From positions 1-64,000 of the forward strand of contig JAHLWP010000012.1 in NCBI GenBank assembly GCA_019057865.1: 64,000 bases of DNA, read 5' to 3'. Shown here piece by piece: positions 10,426 through 20,704 of the stretch; positions within the stretch are counted from its first letter, which is position 1; each line of letters starts with the position of its first letter. Below the pieces are notes generated by a model. It was not told the DNA's origin and ran no database searches. It was given only the letters and a program-made list of their open reading frames with translations. This stretch comes from Promethearchaeota archaeon. Its GTDB lineage: Archaea; Asgardarchaeota; Lokiarchaeia; Sigyniarchaeales; SOKP01. The position numbers were made by a program, and so were the translations under genes.

Positions 10426-11688
10426 TTATTGTTTTACTAGCACTTTTTCAATAATATCCACAGCCCAATCTATTTCTTCTTTAGTTATTATCAAAGGTGG
10501 AGCAAATCGTATGATAGTTGCATGAGTATCTTTAGCTAAAATACCATTATTCTTAAGTTCTTCAACAATATGTCGAGCATTTTCTTCAAATTCGATGGCT
10601 ATCAATAATCCTTTACCTCTAACTTCTTTAACTGGAATTTTTGTTCTTTTTTCAGCAATTTCTTTAAGTCTTTTCATAAAGTAATCCCCCATTTCTTTAG
10701 CTCGTTCTGGTAAATTCTCGCGTAAATGCACATCCAAAGATTTCATTCCAACAGCTGATGCCAAAGGATTACCTCCAAAAGTACTTCCATGTGTTCCTGG
10801 TTTAATTACATCCGGACCAATAATATCACGATTCGTAACTACAGCAGAAACAGGGTAAACTCCACCTCCAAGAGCCTTTCCGAGTAACATTATATCTGGT
10901 TTCACATTTTCATGATCGCAAGCAAATAATTCTCCTGTTCTCCCAAGACCCGTCTGAATTTCATCAACCATCATTAATACATTATATTTTGAACATATTT
11001 CTCTTACTTCTTTCAAAAATCCTTCTGGAGGAACTTTTACTCCAGCTTCTCCTTGGAGAGGTTCAAATAAAAATGATGCTATTGTTTCTGGACCAATTTC
11101 AAGGATTGTATTTTCTAATTCTTCAGCATCTCCATATGGGATTGTAATAAAACCCGGAGTATAAGGTCCAAAATTACCATAATAACGAGCAGCAGAAATA
11201 TCAGTACTAAAACCAACAATAGTTATAGTTCTTCCATGAAAGTTATCTCTACATACTATTATTTTTGCTTCTCCTTTAGGAATTTTTTTCTTAATATATC
11301 CCCATGCTCTGGCAACTTTCAATCCAGTTGAAACTGCCTCCGTACCCGTATTCATAGGGAGCGCCATTATTCCTGAATTTTTAGGATCATTTATGTGTGT
11401 TCCAACAACTTCACATAATTTCTTTAGAAATGGACCCATCATATCGTTATGAAACGCTCTAGACGATAAAGTTACTTTATCCGCTTGTTCTTTTAAAGCT
11501 TTTATAATTTCAGGGTGGCAATGACCAGTATTTTGACTTGAATATGCGGATAAGCAGTCTAAATACTTTTTATCTTCTGGATCATAAACCCAAACACCTT
11601 CTGCTCTTGATATTACAACGGGGATTGGATGATAATTATGAGCACAATATTCATTATCCATTTCAATATAATCTTTTGAACTTGGCAT
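10426..11688 (-). CDS. rocD: Ornithine--oxo-acid aminotransferase (class III PLP)
   Basis: Motifs AHNYHP, LSAYS, FHGRT, DEIQTGLGRTG, LGKALGGG and HGSTFGGNP. Confidence 0.93.
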   Translation of the reverse strand: MPSSKDYIEMDNEYCAHNYHPIPVVISRAEGVWVYDPEDKKYLDCLSAYSSQNTGHCHPEIIKALKEQADKVTLSSRAFHNDMMGPFLKKLCEVVGTHINDPKNSGIMALPMNTGTEAVSTGLKVARAWGYIKKKIPKGEAKIIVCRDNFHGRTITIVGFSTDISAARYYGNFGPYTPGFITIPYGDAEELENTILEIGPETIASFLFEPLQGEAGVKVPPEGFLKEVREICSKYNVLMMVDEIQTGLGRTGELFACDHENVKPDIMLLGKALGGGVYPVSAVVTNRDIIGPDVIKPGTHGSTFGGNPLASAVGMKSLDVHLRENLPERAKEMGDYFMKRLKEIAEKRTKIPVKEVRGKGLLIAIEFEENARHIVEELKNNGILAKDTHATIIRFAPPLIITKEEIDWAVDIIEKVLVKQ

Positions 11689-11993
11689 ATTATTTCGTAT
11701 TTCTTTTTAATGATTATAATACTACTTTATTATATGAAAATTCCCATTAAAATTTTAGAGTTTTTTTATTCATGATCTAGGGAAAAACCTGGGAATTCTA
11801 CGAAAATAATTTATAAAATACTAAATAAAAGTACATAATTTTAAAAAAATTTTAGGAAGGTGCTATTTAATTAGATGTTTGACAAATTACAATCAATTAT
11901 TTCCAAAGTAGAAGCGTAAAGTAAAACCTTAAATTTTGAATTTTTTTTTCCTTTATTTAAAACTTTCAAAAATTAATTTTATAATACTTTTTC

Positions 11994-12782
11994 TTATATT
12001 TTATTTCTCTTAACTAATTCTTTAATAGCAAATGTAGCAACTAATTCAGCATAAGTATCAGGTCCAAATCCCGCATCATATCCGAGTTCTTTTGCTAGTT
12101 CATTGCTTATTCTTGGTCCACCGCATATTAGTATAACTTTATCCCTTATTCCCTCAGCTTCTAAAAGTTCTACTAGATTAGTTAAATTTTTTACATGAAT
12201 ATTTTTTTGAGTTACTGTTTGAGAAACAAGTAAAACATCAGCTTTTAATTCTATTGTTTTTTTAACAAATTCTTCATTCGATACTTGGCTTCCTAAATTA
12301 TAAGCTTCAATCATCTCATATCTCTCGAGACCAAAATGACCAGCATATCCTTTCATATTCATAATAGCGTCAATTCCTACTGTATGTGCATCTGTCCCGG
12401 TTGTGGCTCCAAGAACTACAACTTTACGCTTAAGATTTTGCTTTATAAAGTCATTAATTTCTTCCATAGGCATAGATTCTACGTCTACTGATTCTACTTC
12501 AATTTTAGTATAATCTATTGTGTGAATTAGACTCCCATAGACTATAAAAAAAGTAAAACCTTTATCTAATAGAATGTGATATACGATGGAGGGGTCTTCT
12601 AATCCCATTTTCATAGCTAGCTGTTTAGCTGCTATACTTGCTTTCTCTCCATCCTCAACAGGAAGAGTAAAACTAATTTGGACCTTACCATCATTCATTG
12701 CATCTCCATAAGGTAGAATCCTTTTCAAATCAAGAGCTTTATCTAAATCTTTCTTTTCTGTTGAATACAATCCTCCTCTCAT
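11994..12782 (-). CDS. kamE: Lysine 5,6-aminomutase beta subunit (B12-binding)
   Basis: PYGDAMNDGKVQISFTLP, and DAHTVGIDAIMNMKG (DxHxxG B12 motif plus the PLP Lys). Confidence 0.95.
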   Translation of the reverse strand: MRGGLYSTEKKDLDKALDLKRILPYGDAMNDGKVQISFTLPVEDGEKASIAAKQLAMKMGLEDPSIVYHILLDKGFTFFIVYGSLIHTIDYTKIEVESVDVESMPMEEINDFIKQNLKRKVVVLGATTGTDAHTVGIDAIMNMKGYAGHFGLERYEMIEAYNLGSQVSNEEFVKKTIELKADVLLVSQTVTQKNIHVKNLTNLVELLEAEGIRDKVILICGGPRISNELAKELGYDAGFGPDTYAELVATFAIKELVKRNKI

Positions 12783-12783
12783 A

Positions 12784-14382
12784 TTAACTCCCTCCTATAC
12801 TTAATTCTTTACTTATAATTTCTATAAATGGATTATAATAGTCTTTCTCTTTCTCAATTACCCCTTCCAATCCTTTACCACTATTAATTGGTCTTTTAAT
12901 TCCAGCAAAAATGCCTTTTTCGATGGTTCTAAATAACCCTTCTTTTTCAATTTCTTTCAATAATTTATATGCTTTATGTAATACGTCATTAGCTCTTTTT
13001 TCTATTATCCCCCCTTGTTTAAATATAATTTCTTCACTAATAGACTTCAAATTATTAAAAATGTAACGTGTATTTTCTATTGAAAGTGCTCTGTCTGACA
13101 TAAAAGGAGTATGAATCGCTTCGGTTAACATACCAAGGAGATGGATTTTTTGATTTGTCATTATTGTAATGATATTGAATAAAGCATCCTGAACATGACC
13201 TTTAAATATATTTCCTGTCATATATTTAGTGGGGGGCATATACTTAAGGGGAGCATTAGGAAAAATTTCTCGAGCCATCTGAGCTTGTGCTAGCTCATAT
13301 AAAAACCCATTTTCTAAATCAGGATTCATTTCAAAAGCATGACCTAATCCCATTTGTTCCTCTTTTAAACCAGCAAAAGATGCAAATTGTTCATTGATAA
13401 ATTGAGAAGCAAGAACAGTATGAGCAGCTTCAAATGCATCTGCTGTTGTTAAATAATTATCTTCACCAGTATTGATTATTACTCCCGCATATGCATTTAT
13501 CATTCGAGAAAAATATTGATCGACAATCGTTCTTTTCATATTTATATCTCGAAAAAGAATTCCATAAAGAGCATCGTTAAGCATCATATCAAGCCTTTCA
13601 AATGCGCCCATTGCAGCAATCTCAGGCATACATAACCCCGAACAATAATTTGTCAGTAGAATGTACCGTTTTAATTCCTCACCAACCTTATCTAATGCCT
13701 TTCTCATTAATCGAAAATTCTCTTGGGTAGCATATGTCCCTCCGAATCCCTCAGTAGTAGCACCATAAGGTACATAATCAAGTAAGCTTTGAACAGTAGA
13801 CCTTATTACCGCGATTACATCGGCTCCTTGTCTAGCTGCAGCTTGAGCCTGAATAATATCTTCATAGATATTACCTGTTGCTACAATAACATAAATGAGA
13901 GGACCTTCTTTAACACCATATTTTTTGAGCAATTCATTTCTTTTTTTCTTTTTTTCAGTGATAAGTGCCAGTTTTTCTTGAGCAATTATATTTATCGTTG
14001 CTTTTATTTCAGAAATGTCTTTTAAAGGAAGCTTGGTTAAATCTAATTCATCTTTTGCTACTTTTTCAGCAATTTCTTGAGGTGAAAGATTTGTATGTAA
14101 TACAGCGTTTCCTATATAGATTGCAGCTCCAATTCCCAAACCATTTTCTTTTTCTATTTTGTCAACTAGGATGTTTGGTAGTGGCACATCAAACTCATCT
14201 ACACCATCAATACCAAATAACCTACAGACTGTTCTTTCAATTGTGGTAGTAGTATGTTGATCTATAAATTTCTGTGTATCTAACGCAATATCCTTTGCTG
14301 CTTTTCTTGCTTTTTCTACAATCGAAAAATCTAAATTTAACTTACTTCTTTGAGTTTTTTCTATTTCTTTCACTAATCTCAC
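12784..14382 (-). CDS. kamD: Lysine 5,6-aminomutase alpha subunit
   Basis: YVIVATGNIYED, QSLLDYVPYGATTEGFGGT and NYCSGLCMPE. The start may be GTG at 14373. Confidence 0.95.
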   Translation of the reverse strand: MRLVKEIEKTQRSKLNLDFSIVEKARKAAKDIALDTQKFIDQHTTTTIERTVCRLFGIDGVDEFDVPLPNILVDKIEKENGLGIGAAIYIGNAVLHTNLSPQEIAEKVAKDELDLTKLPLKDISEIKATINIIAQEKLALITEKKKKRNELLKKYGVKEGPLIYVIVATGNIYEDIIQAQAAARQGADVIAVIRSTVQSLLDYVPYGATTEGFGGTYATQENFRLMRKALDKVGEELKRYILLTNYCSGLCMPEIAAMGAFERLDMMLNDALYGILFRDINMKRTIVDQYFSRMINAYAGVIINTGEDNYLTTADAFEAAHTVLASQFINEQFASFAGLKEEQMGLGHAFEMNPDLENGFLYELAQAQMAREIFPNAPLKYMPPTKYMTGNIFKGHVQDALFNIITIMTNQKIHLLGMLTEAIHTPFMSDRALSIENTRYIFNNLKSISEEIIFKQGGIIEKRANDVLHKAYKLLKEIEKEGLFRTIEKGIFAGIKRPINSGKGLEGVIEKEKDYYNPFIEIISKELSIGGS

Positions 14383-14417
14383 TTTTTTTCAATAAGGATT
14401 CTAAGACTATTCTAAAT

Positions 14418-15452
14418 TTAATCATTAACTCCAAGATTATAAACTGGAATTTTTAATTCTTCTTGGATTGATTTTAAAAAATTATCTTTATCAAATTCAT
14501 ATCCATAAGGAGAAGTTGGGTTTATTGTTATCGCAATTATATTTATTGGGTTTAAAACTTTTAAAATTCCTCCTTTTTTGAGAAATTTTTTTGTTGTTTT
14601 TTCACTTAAAAATAATTTTGTACCATCTTCCACTATAAAGGTAATTCCCTTATATTTTTGTGTGGATTTCATAAGATCTTCCAATAGTTTGTCTGTGACA
14701 GCCCCGTTTATTACAACATATTGAGAATTATCATCTAGATTTTCAATAATTTCTTGAGCAGCATCCAATGCTGTAGCGACTTTTAAAGAATTTACTGAAT
14801 AGGTTTTATCAATAATGCTCACTTTTGATTTTTTGAGAATACCCGTTGAGAGGTTTATTATTTCTAAGTTTTCCTCTTGTTCTAAATTTAATAACTTAAT
14901 AGTGTGAATTGTTAAGTCAATCACATTCTTCATGTTTCTTGACACAGAGGCACCCGTTGAGAGGATGGTAGCGTCCGAAATTAAAGGTGTAGCATATGCT
15001 CTTCTATCAAACGCACCATCCACCAAAATATGATCACATCCTAAGTTTCTTAAATCTGAACAGATTGTTAATAAATGTTTATTTATCGAAGGACCAGCCA
15101 ATACAACATATCCTTCACTCAAAGCCTTTAAAATCATAATTTCTCCTAAAGGAGTATTCAATCCTGTCTTTTTGATAATTTCAAATTTAATTTCACTATC
15201 TTCAAAGCATTGTTGGGCAGTTACTACATAAGTTCCCTTCTTTACAAATATTTGAGGTTTTGGTAATTCAGTAATAACATCATATTTTTCACCATCTCTC
15301 CCTATCGAAGTAAGACCTAATGTAAATCGGTCTTCAATATTTCTTATAATATAATTCAATGTAGTTGTTTTACTCACATTTTTTGCGAGTCCTATTATTG
15401 AGATAATTTTTATATTTTCAAGTTTTTTCAAAAATTCGACCATAAAATCCAT
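14418..15452 (-). CDS. kamB: KamB-like protein (putative lysine 5,6-aminomutase reactivase component)
   Basis: SIIGLAKNVSKTT, TSIGRDGE and LVDGAFDR motifs; sits between kamA and kamD as in clostridial kam clusters. Confidence 0.7.
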   Translation of the reverse strand: MDFMVEFLKKLENIKIISIIGLAKNVSKTTTLNYIIRNIEDRFTLGLTSIGRDGEKYDVITELPKPQIFVKKGTYVVTAQQCFEDSEIKFEIIKKTGLNTPLGEIMILKALSEGYVVLAGPSINKHLLTICSDLRNLGCDHILVDGAFDRRAYATPLISDATILSTGASVSRNMKNVIDLTIHTIKLLNLEQEENLEIINLSTGILKKSKVSIIDKTYSVNSLKVATALDAAQEIIENLDDNSQYVVINGAVTDKLLEDLMKSTQKYKGITFIVEDGTKLFLSEKTTKKFLKKGGILKVLNPINIIAITINPTSPYGYEFDKDNFLKSIQEELKIPVYNLGVND

Positions 15453-15544
15453 TTTCTCGCCAAAAATATTTCAATTTCTCAATAATTAAAGAAATAAATC
15501 TTGATTATGTAAGTTTTAAATTTAAAATATAATAATATTTTAAG

Positions 15545-16786
15545 CTAATGATTCAGTTTTCTCCGCGACTTTCTAAGCAGATCCTTCGGTTCAATCGTCA
15601 TTTTCTGACCACTTAACAAAGCACTCACCCCAATTTGTTTCTTACAATCTTCACAATGACAATTTGGTGTATAATCTTTTGGTTCTTCATATGTAGTTAT
15701 AACGCCCTCAAAATTTCTTAATACAACACGTGTATTTCCTTGAGAGATTGTATAATGTGGCATCACAGGAATTTTTCCACCTCCACCAGGGGCATCAACA
15801 ACAAAGGTTGGAACGCATAATCCTGAAGTATGTCCTCTCAAACCTTCAATTATTTCAATACCCTGAGCAACACTGGTTCTGAAATGTCCGAGTCCAATAG
15901 AAAGATCGCATTGGTATATGTAATATGGTCTTACTCTAATCTTTACTAAATCTTGTACCAGTTTCTTCATTATATGAATACAATCGTTTACTCCCCTTAA
16001 TAGAACTGATTGGTTACCAAGAGGTATTCCAACATCGGCTAACATTTCACATGCTTTTGTAGAATCTGCTGTGATTTCATTTGAGTGATTGAAATGTGTA
16101 TTAAACCAGATAGGATGATATTTTTTTAGTATTTCGCACAATTCAGGAGTAATTCGATAAGGATTTGTAACCGGGGCTCTAGAACCTATCCGTATTATTT
16201 CTACATGAGGTATTTCTTTCAATTTTTTTAAAATATCTTCTAATTTTTTGTCAGATATTAATAGTGCATCTCCTCCAGATAAGAGAACATCCCTTATAGA
16301 AGGGGTGTTTTTTATATATTCAATACAAGCATCAATTTGTGATTGTGGAGGTGCCATGTCGTGATGACCAGCAAATCTTCTTCTAGTACAATGTCGACAA
16401 TACATTGAGCAATTTTCAGTAACTAAAAACAATACTCTATCCGGATAACGATGGGTCAATCCTTCGACAGGAGAATCAACATCTTCACTCAGGGGGTCTT
16501 CTAGGTCACCAGTATATCTTTCTAATTCAAGATTTGTTGGAATCGCTTGTTTTCTTATTGGATCATAAGGATCATCAGGATCAATTAATGATAAGTAATA
16601 GGGTGTAATCGCCATCCTATACTCTTGTAAGATTCTAGGATCATCTTCTTCTTTAGTTAATTTGATATATTTTTTGAGTTCTTCTAAAGTTGTTATCCTG
16701 TTTTTAACTTGCCATTTCCAATCATTCCATTCTTCATCACTAATGTGTCCAAATAGTTCTTTTCGCCTATTGACTTTCATAATCAT
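15545..16786 (-). CDS. kamA: L-lysine 2,3-aminomutase (radical SAM)
   Basis: [29 protein letters not shown] and [10 protein letters not shown]. Likely ATG at 16786 or 16780; the ORF is open to 16837. Confidence 0.96.
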   Translation of the reverse strand: MIMKVNRRKELFGHISDEEWNDWKWQVKNRITTLEELKKYIKLTKEEDDPRILQEYRMAITPYYLSLIDPDDPYDPIRKQAIPTNLELERYTGDLEDPLSEDVDSPVEGLTHRYPDRVLFLVTENCSMYCRHCTRRRFAGHHDMAPPQSQIDACIEYIKNTPSIRDVLLSGGDALLISDKKLEDILKKLKEIPHVEIIRIGSRAPVTNPYRITPELCEILKKYHPIWFNTHFNHSNEITADSTKACEMLADVGIPLGNQSVLLRGVNDCIHIMKKLVQDLVKIRVRPYYIYQCDLSIGLGHFRTSVAQGIEIIEGLRGHTSGLCVPTFVVDAPGGGGKIPVMPHYTISQGNTRVVLRNFEGVITTYEEPKDYTPNCHCEDCKKQIGVSALLSGQKMTIEPKDLLRKSRRKLNH

Positions 16787-16895
16787 CTCAATTATTTTTC
16801 TTTGAGTTAACAATTTATTAAACGTGTTTTTCTTCAAATATTTTTTGTTTTTTGAAGATTTTCTTTATTCATCCTGATAATATAATTTAAGAAAG

Positions 16896-17138
16896 TTATT
16901 TGATGAAAAATCCGTTAGAAAATAGTATTAGAGTAGATTTATTTATTTTGTTCCGAATACAAGATGCAACTCCAGTGACATGCCCATTCGAACCCACTTG
17001 CGTTATAGCGGGAAAGAGTGAAGCACCTTTGCCAAAATAAATATCGAGTACAGTAGCTCCAGCATGTAATTGAGCTAAAATAACAAAATATTCCCCGAAA
17101 TAGTCTGAATCATTGAGTCCTTTATAAGGTTCCATCAA
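16896..17138 (-). pseudogene. Degenerate class I SAM methyltransferase fragment
   Basis: GATVLDIYFGKGASLFPAITQVGSNGHVTG resembles motif I (VLDxxCGxG), then the frame decays; only 80 aa. Confidence 0.55.
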
Positions 17139-17170
17139 TTTTAACTCATTTTTCCTACTTCTTTAACAAT

Positions 17171-18211
17171 TTATTTGACATATTTTTCTTCAAATAATTT
17201 CCTTAAAACGCTTGATTCTCGCAGTATATCCAATGCAATTTGGTCATGATTTTTTGTGTAACCATTACCTATAATCATTGATACATCTTTCCCTACTCCT
17301 TCAGCTCCTAGTGCTGCTTTTGTAAAACTAGTAGCCATAGAAAAGAAATATACAATCCCACCATCTCTTACAGGCAATATGCTTGACATTTCTGTATTTG
17401 GTATACTCAAACAATTAATAGAGATATCTACTTCTTTACCACCATTAACTTTTAACGTTTCTTCCAGTACATTTACGGGTTTAAGAACATCAGCAATAAT
17501 AACTTCATGACAGAAGTTTGTATCCTTAAGGTAATTTGCTCGTTCTTTATTCCTTGCTTGACCGATTACTTTTCCTGTTTCTCCTACCATTTTTTTAGAT
17601 ATATATGAGCACATTAGTCCAGATTTGCCAGTTGCTCCTAAGATTAAAACAGTATTTCCTGATTTAACGAGTTTTTTAACCTGAGCTGGAGCACCTGCAA
17701 CGTCTAATACTGCTAATGCTAGAGTATCTTCCATATCCTCAGGGAGCTTAGCATATATTCCACTTTCAAAAAGAATTGCTTTCCCCTTAATTTCAACGCG
17801 ATCAATTTCTGGGAAGATATTGAAAATTTTATCTATTCTGAGAGGTGTCAGGGAAAGGGAAACTAATGTTGCAACCTTATCGCCAACTTTTAAATCAACT
17901 TTACCTTTTAAAGAATCACCAATTTTTTCTATATTCCCTATGAGCATTCCCCCAGAGCCAGTTACTGGGTTTTGCATTTTACCTCTTTCATTTACAATTC
18001 CCATTATTTTTTTTTTAATTTTTTCAATATCTCCATTGGCTTCTTCCTTTAGTTGGTTAAAACTGGCTGAATCTATGTTTAAAAATTCAATATCGATTAA
18101 AATCTCATTATCATAAATGTCCATATTATTTGAAATTTTTATGGCTGGTTGTGGTAGAGCTCCTTTTGGTTCAATGACTCTATGAGCTCCATACTTGTTT
18201 CCTTTTTTCAT
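17171..18211 (-). CDS. kdd: L-erythro-3,5-diaminohexanoate dehydrogenase
   Basis: YGAHRVIEP, LNIDSASF, QNPVTGSGGMLIG and FFSMATSF; kam cluster context. Confidence 0.93.
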   Translation of the reverse strand: MKKGNKYGAHRVIEPKGALPQPAIKISNNMDIYDNEILIDIEFLNIDSASFNQLKEEANGDIEKIKKKIMGIVNERGKMQNPVTGSGGMLIGNIEKIGDSLKGKVDLKVGDKVATLVSLSLTPLRIDKIFNIFPEIDRVEIKGKAILFESGIYAKLPEDMEDTLALAVLDVAGAPAQVKKLVKSGNTVLILGATGKSGLMCSYISKKMVGETGKVIGQARNKERANYLKDTNFCHEVIIADVLKPVNVLEETLKVNGGKEVDISINCLSIPNTEMSSILPVRDGGIVYFFSMATSFTKAALGAEGVGKDVSMIIGNGYTKNHDQIALDILRESSVLRKLFEEKYVK

Positions 18212-18371
18212 GGTCCAATATCCAAATACATGTTAATTGTCTCTAATCAAAATAAACATTGAATATAATTATAATTTTTTCTAATTTTGATAGATACTAG
18301 AGATTATTATGGGAAAAGGAAGAATAAAAAGTGATTAATTACAAGAAGAGAGAGAAAAATAGAAATTAGTA

Positions 18372-18905
18372 TTAATTAAGAATATCTTGAGCGAATTTTT
18401 TAGCATTCTCTAGATCTAGCTTATTTGGATGTTTTTTAACCTCTTCTAAATATTCTACCCACTCTTCTTCATCCGTTATTATTGTTTTATGGATAAACAT
18501 TTCAATAGGAGGTGATGGTGCTCCTTGACACCTAAAACAGCCTTTAAAATTGATCTCTTTTTCTCTTTCAAGCTTTTCAAATGTTTTACTACACTCTCCT
18601 GCCCATTTCTCGAATAGGCTTTTATTTTTTTCTGGTGGATAAGTTGAGTGAGTATAAAAACCTGCTAGTTTGAAATTAGGAGATATAGGGATTTTTTTAA
18701 GAATTCTTAAAATTGGTTTAGCTAAGTTAGAATCATGACAAGCAGAACCTAAAAAGACTAAATCTGAATTAAATAAATCTTCTACTTTGACCTTATTTAC
18801 CCTTTTTAGATATGATTCATGATTTTGAGAGGCAACTTCGTGTATTGCTTTGGCAATTTTTTCAGTATTACCTGTTTCACTATAATATGCTATTAAAACT
18901 TTCAT
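18372..18905 (-). CDS. Flavodoxin-family protein
   Basis: YYSETGNTEKIA FMN-binding loop. Confidence 0.85.
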   Translation of the reverse strand: MKVLIAYYSETGNTEKIAKAIHEVASQNHESYLKRVNKVKVEDLFNSDLVFLGSACHDSNLAKPILRILKKIPISPNFKLAGFYTHSTYPPEKNKSLFEKWAGECSKTFEKLEREKEINFKGCFRCQGAPSPPIEMFIHKTIITDEEEWVEYLEEVKKHPNKLDLENAKKFAQDILN

Positions 18906-18975
18906 TGATTAAATCATCCTTTATTTTTAATTAATTAAGATTAACATACTATTTTATTGTTATGAATAAAGTATT

Positions 18976-19800
18976 CTACTTTAAACCTAAAATTTTCCTT
19001 GCCTCATCTGGATTTGCTATTTCTCTCCCTAACTCATTTGCTAATCTTACAACTTTATTAACTAATTCTCCATTAGATTTAGCCAATACTCCTTTAGAAA
19101 GGTAAATATTATCTTCAAAACCTACTCTAGCATGACCTCCCATCATTATTGATAAAGTAACCATAGGAAACTCATGTCTACCTATAGCACAGACAGAATA
19201 AGTACAATTCTTCGGGATACTATTTACAAGAAAAATTAAATCTCGAGGAGTAGCATTTATCCCTCCGACTACGCCTAATACAAAATTAAAGTGCATGGGA
19301 TCTTTTATGTACCCTTTCTCATGTAATCTCAAAGCCGTATCAACCATTCCTTTATCAAAACATTCCAGTTCATATTTTATACCACGATTATTTATCTCCT
19401 TAGCAAAATAAATTATTGCAGTTTCAGTATTTACAAAAATTTCATCACCACCAAAATTCATTGTTCCACAATCCAAAGTTGCCATCTCTGGGGGTGGTTC
19501 TAAGAATATTGGTTGTAGTCGTTCTTCATTACTCATTCCAACAGCTCCCCCTGTTGAAGGTTGGATAATGACATTTGAGCATTTTTTTTTTATTTCTTCG
19601 AAACATACTCTAAATCTTTCCTTACTTTGAGTAGGAGTTCCATCATCTTCTCGAACATGTAAATGGATAATACTAGCACCAGCTTTATAAGCAGATTCTG
19701 CTTCTTTTCCTATTTCTTCAACTGTATATGGTATATTTGGATTACTTTCTTTAGTGACTTCTGCTCCACATATCGCAGCAGTTATAATTAGTTTTTCCAT
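18976..19800 (-). CDS. kce: 3-keto-5-aminohexanoate cleavage enzyme
   Basis: MEKLIITAAICG (ATG 19800), HLHVR, STGG and RVGFEDN. Confidence 0.93.
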   Translation of the reverse strand: MEKLIITAAICGAEVTKESNPNIPYTVEEIGKEAESAYKAGASIIHLHVREDDGTPTQSKERFRVCFEEIKKKCSNVIIQPSTGGAVGMSNEERLQPIFLEPPPEMATLDCGTMNFGGDEIFVNTETAIIYFAKEINNRGIKYELECFDKGMVDTALRLHEKGYIKDPMHFNFVLGVVGGINATPRDLIFLVNSIPKNCTYSVCAIGRHEFPMVTLSIMMGGHARVGFEDNIYLSKGVLAKSNGELVNKVVRLANELGREIANPDEARKILGLK

Positions 19801-19810
19801 ACATATCCCT

Positions 19811-20194
19811 TTATTTTTTTCTCTGTTTAACTTTCGGAACAACACATGTTCCACTTGCTTTACATACAGTTATAGGTTTATCTAAAAAATCAGCGGCAGT
19901 ATCATTAATCTCTGGTCTTAACGTTATTATTTTACTTGCCTCAAAAATCATTTTCCTTGAAGTATCACCACATTCTACAATTTCACCTTTAGCCTCAATA
20001 TAATCACCTGCATAAACTGGAACTAAAAATTCTATATTATCATAAGCACGAAATAAACCTTCATCTCCATCGTTTTTAATTAATAATTCAGTAGCAACAT
20101 CACCAAATAATTCTAATATTTTAGCTCCATCAACTAATTTTCCACCATAATGAGCATCATTCAAACTCATCCTAATCCTAATTAATGACTTCAT
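19811..20194 (-). CDS. kal: 3-aminobutyryl-CoA ammonia-lyase (hotdog fold)
   Basis: [28 protein letters not shown] and DGDEGLF. Confidence 0.92.
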   Translation of the reverse strand: MKSLIRIRMSLNDAHYGGKLVDGAKILELFGDVATELLIKNDGDEGLFRAYDNIEFLVPVYAGDYIEAKGEIVECGDTSRKMIFEASKIITLRPEINDTAADFLDKPITVCKASGTCVVPKVKQRKK

Positions 20195-20487
20195 AATACC
20201 TTATCTCTTTATTTTTTTTTCAACTATAAATATAACCTAATAGATATATTGAATTCTAAAAATCAGTATTATTTTTCTTATTTATTATTTTAATACTTAA
20301 GTTTATCTTTATAATTTTATCATTTTAAAGAAAAATGGCTTATATAGTAACTATTAATTAATTGAAAATGCAATTTTAGATTTTATTTATTAATTAAATC
20401 ACAAATTTTTAAGATCTTATTTAGTATAAAAGACCTATTTTTATTTTCTTTTTTTTTTAATTTCAATGAAATAGATGTGAAAAGAGG

Positions 20488-20667
20488 ATGATAAAATTGT
20501 CAAAACTAAAGTGTAATATATGTGGATCAGAAATGGATGTACCTAAATGTTGTGATAAATCTATGATTGTTAAAAAGGGCTATCTACTATGCTGTTGCTC
20601 AGAAGATTGTGGTTATCAACCTATTCCTGAATGTTGTGGAAAAATAATGGAATATTCAGAAATGTAA
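20488..20667 (+). CDS. Small Cys-rich metal-binding protein (two desulforedoxin/Zn-ribbon-like units); not in ORF track
   Basis: MIKLSKLKCNICGSEMDVPKCCDKSMIVKKGYLLCCCSEDCGYQPIPECCGKIMEYSEM* (59 aa, 10 Cys). GAGG lies upstream; alternative start TTG 20497. Confidence 0.75.
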   Translation: MIKLSKLKCNICGSEMDVPKCCDKSMIVKKGYLLCCCSEDCGYQPIPECCGKIMEYSEM

Positions 20668-20704
20668 AATAACAATAAAAAGTTAAATATTTATATAAAA
20701 ACTT

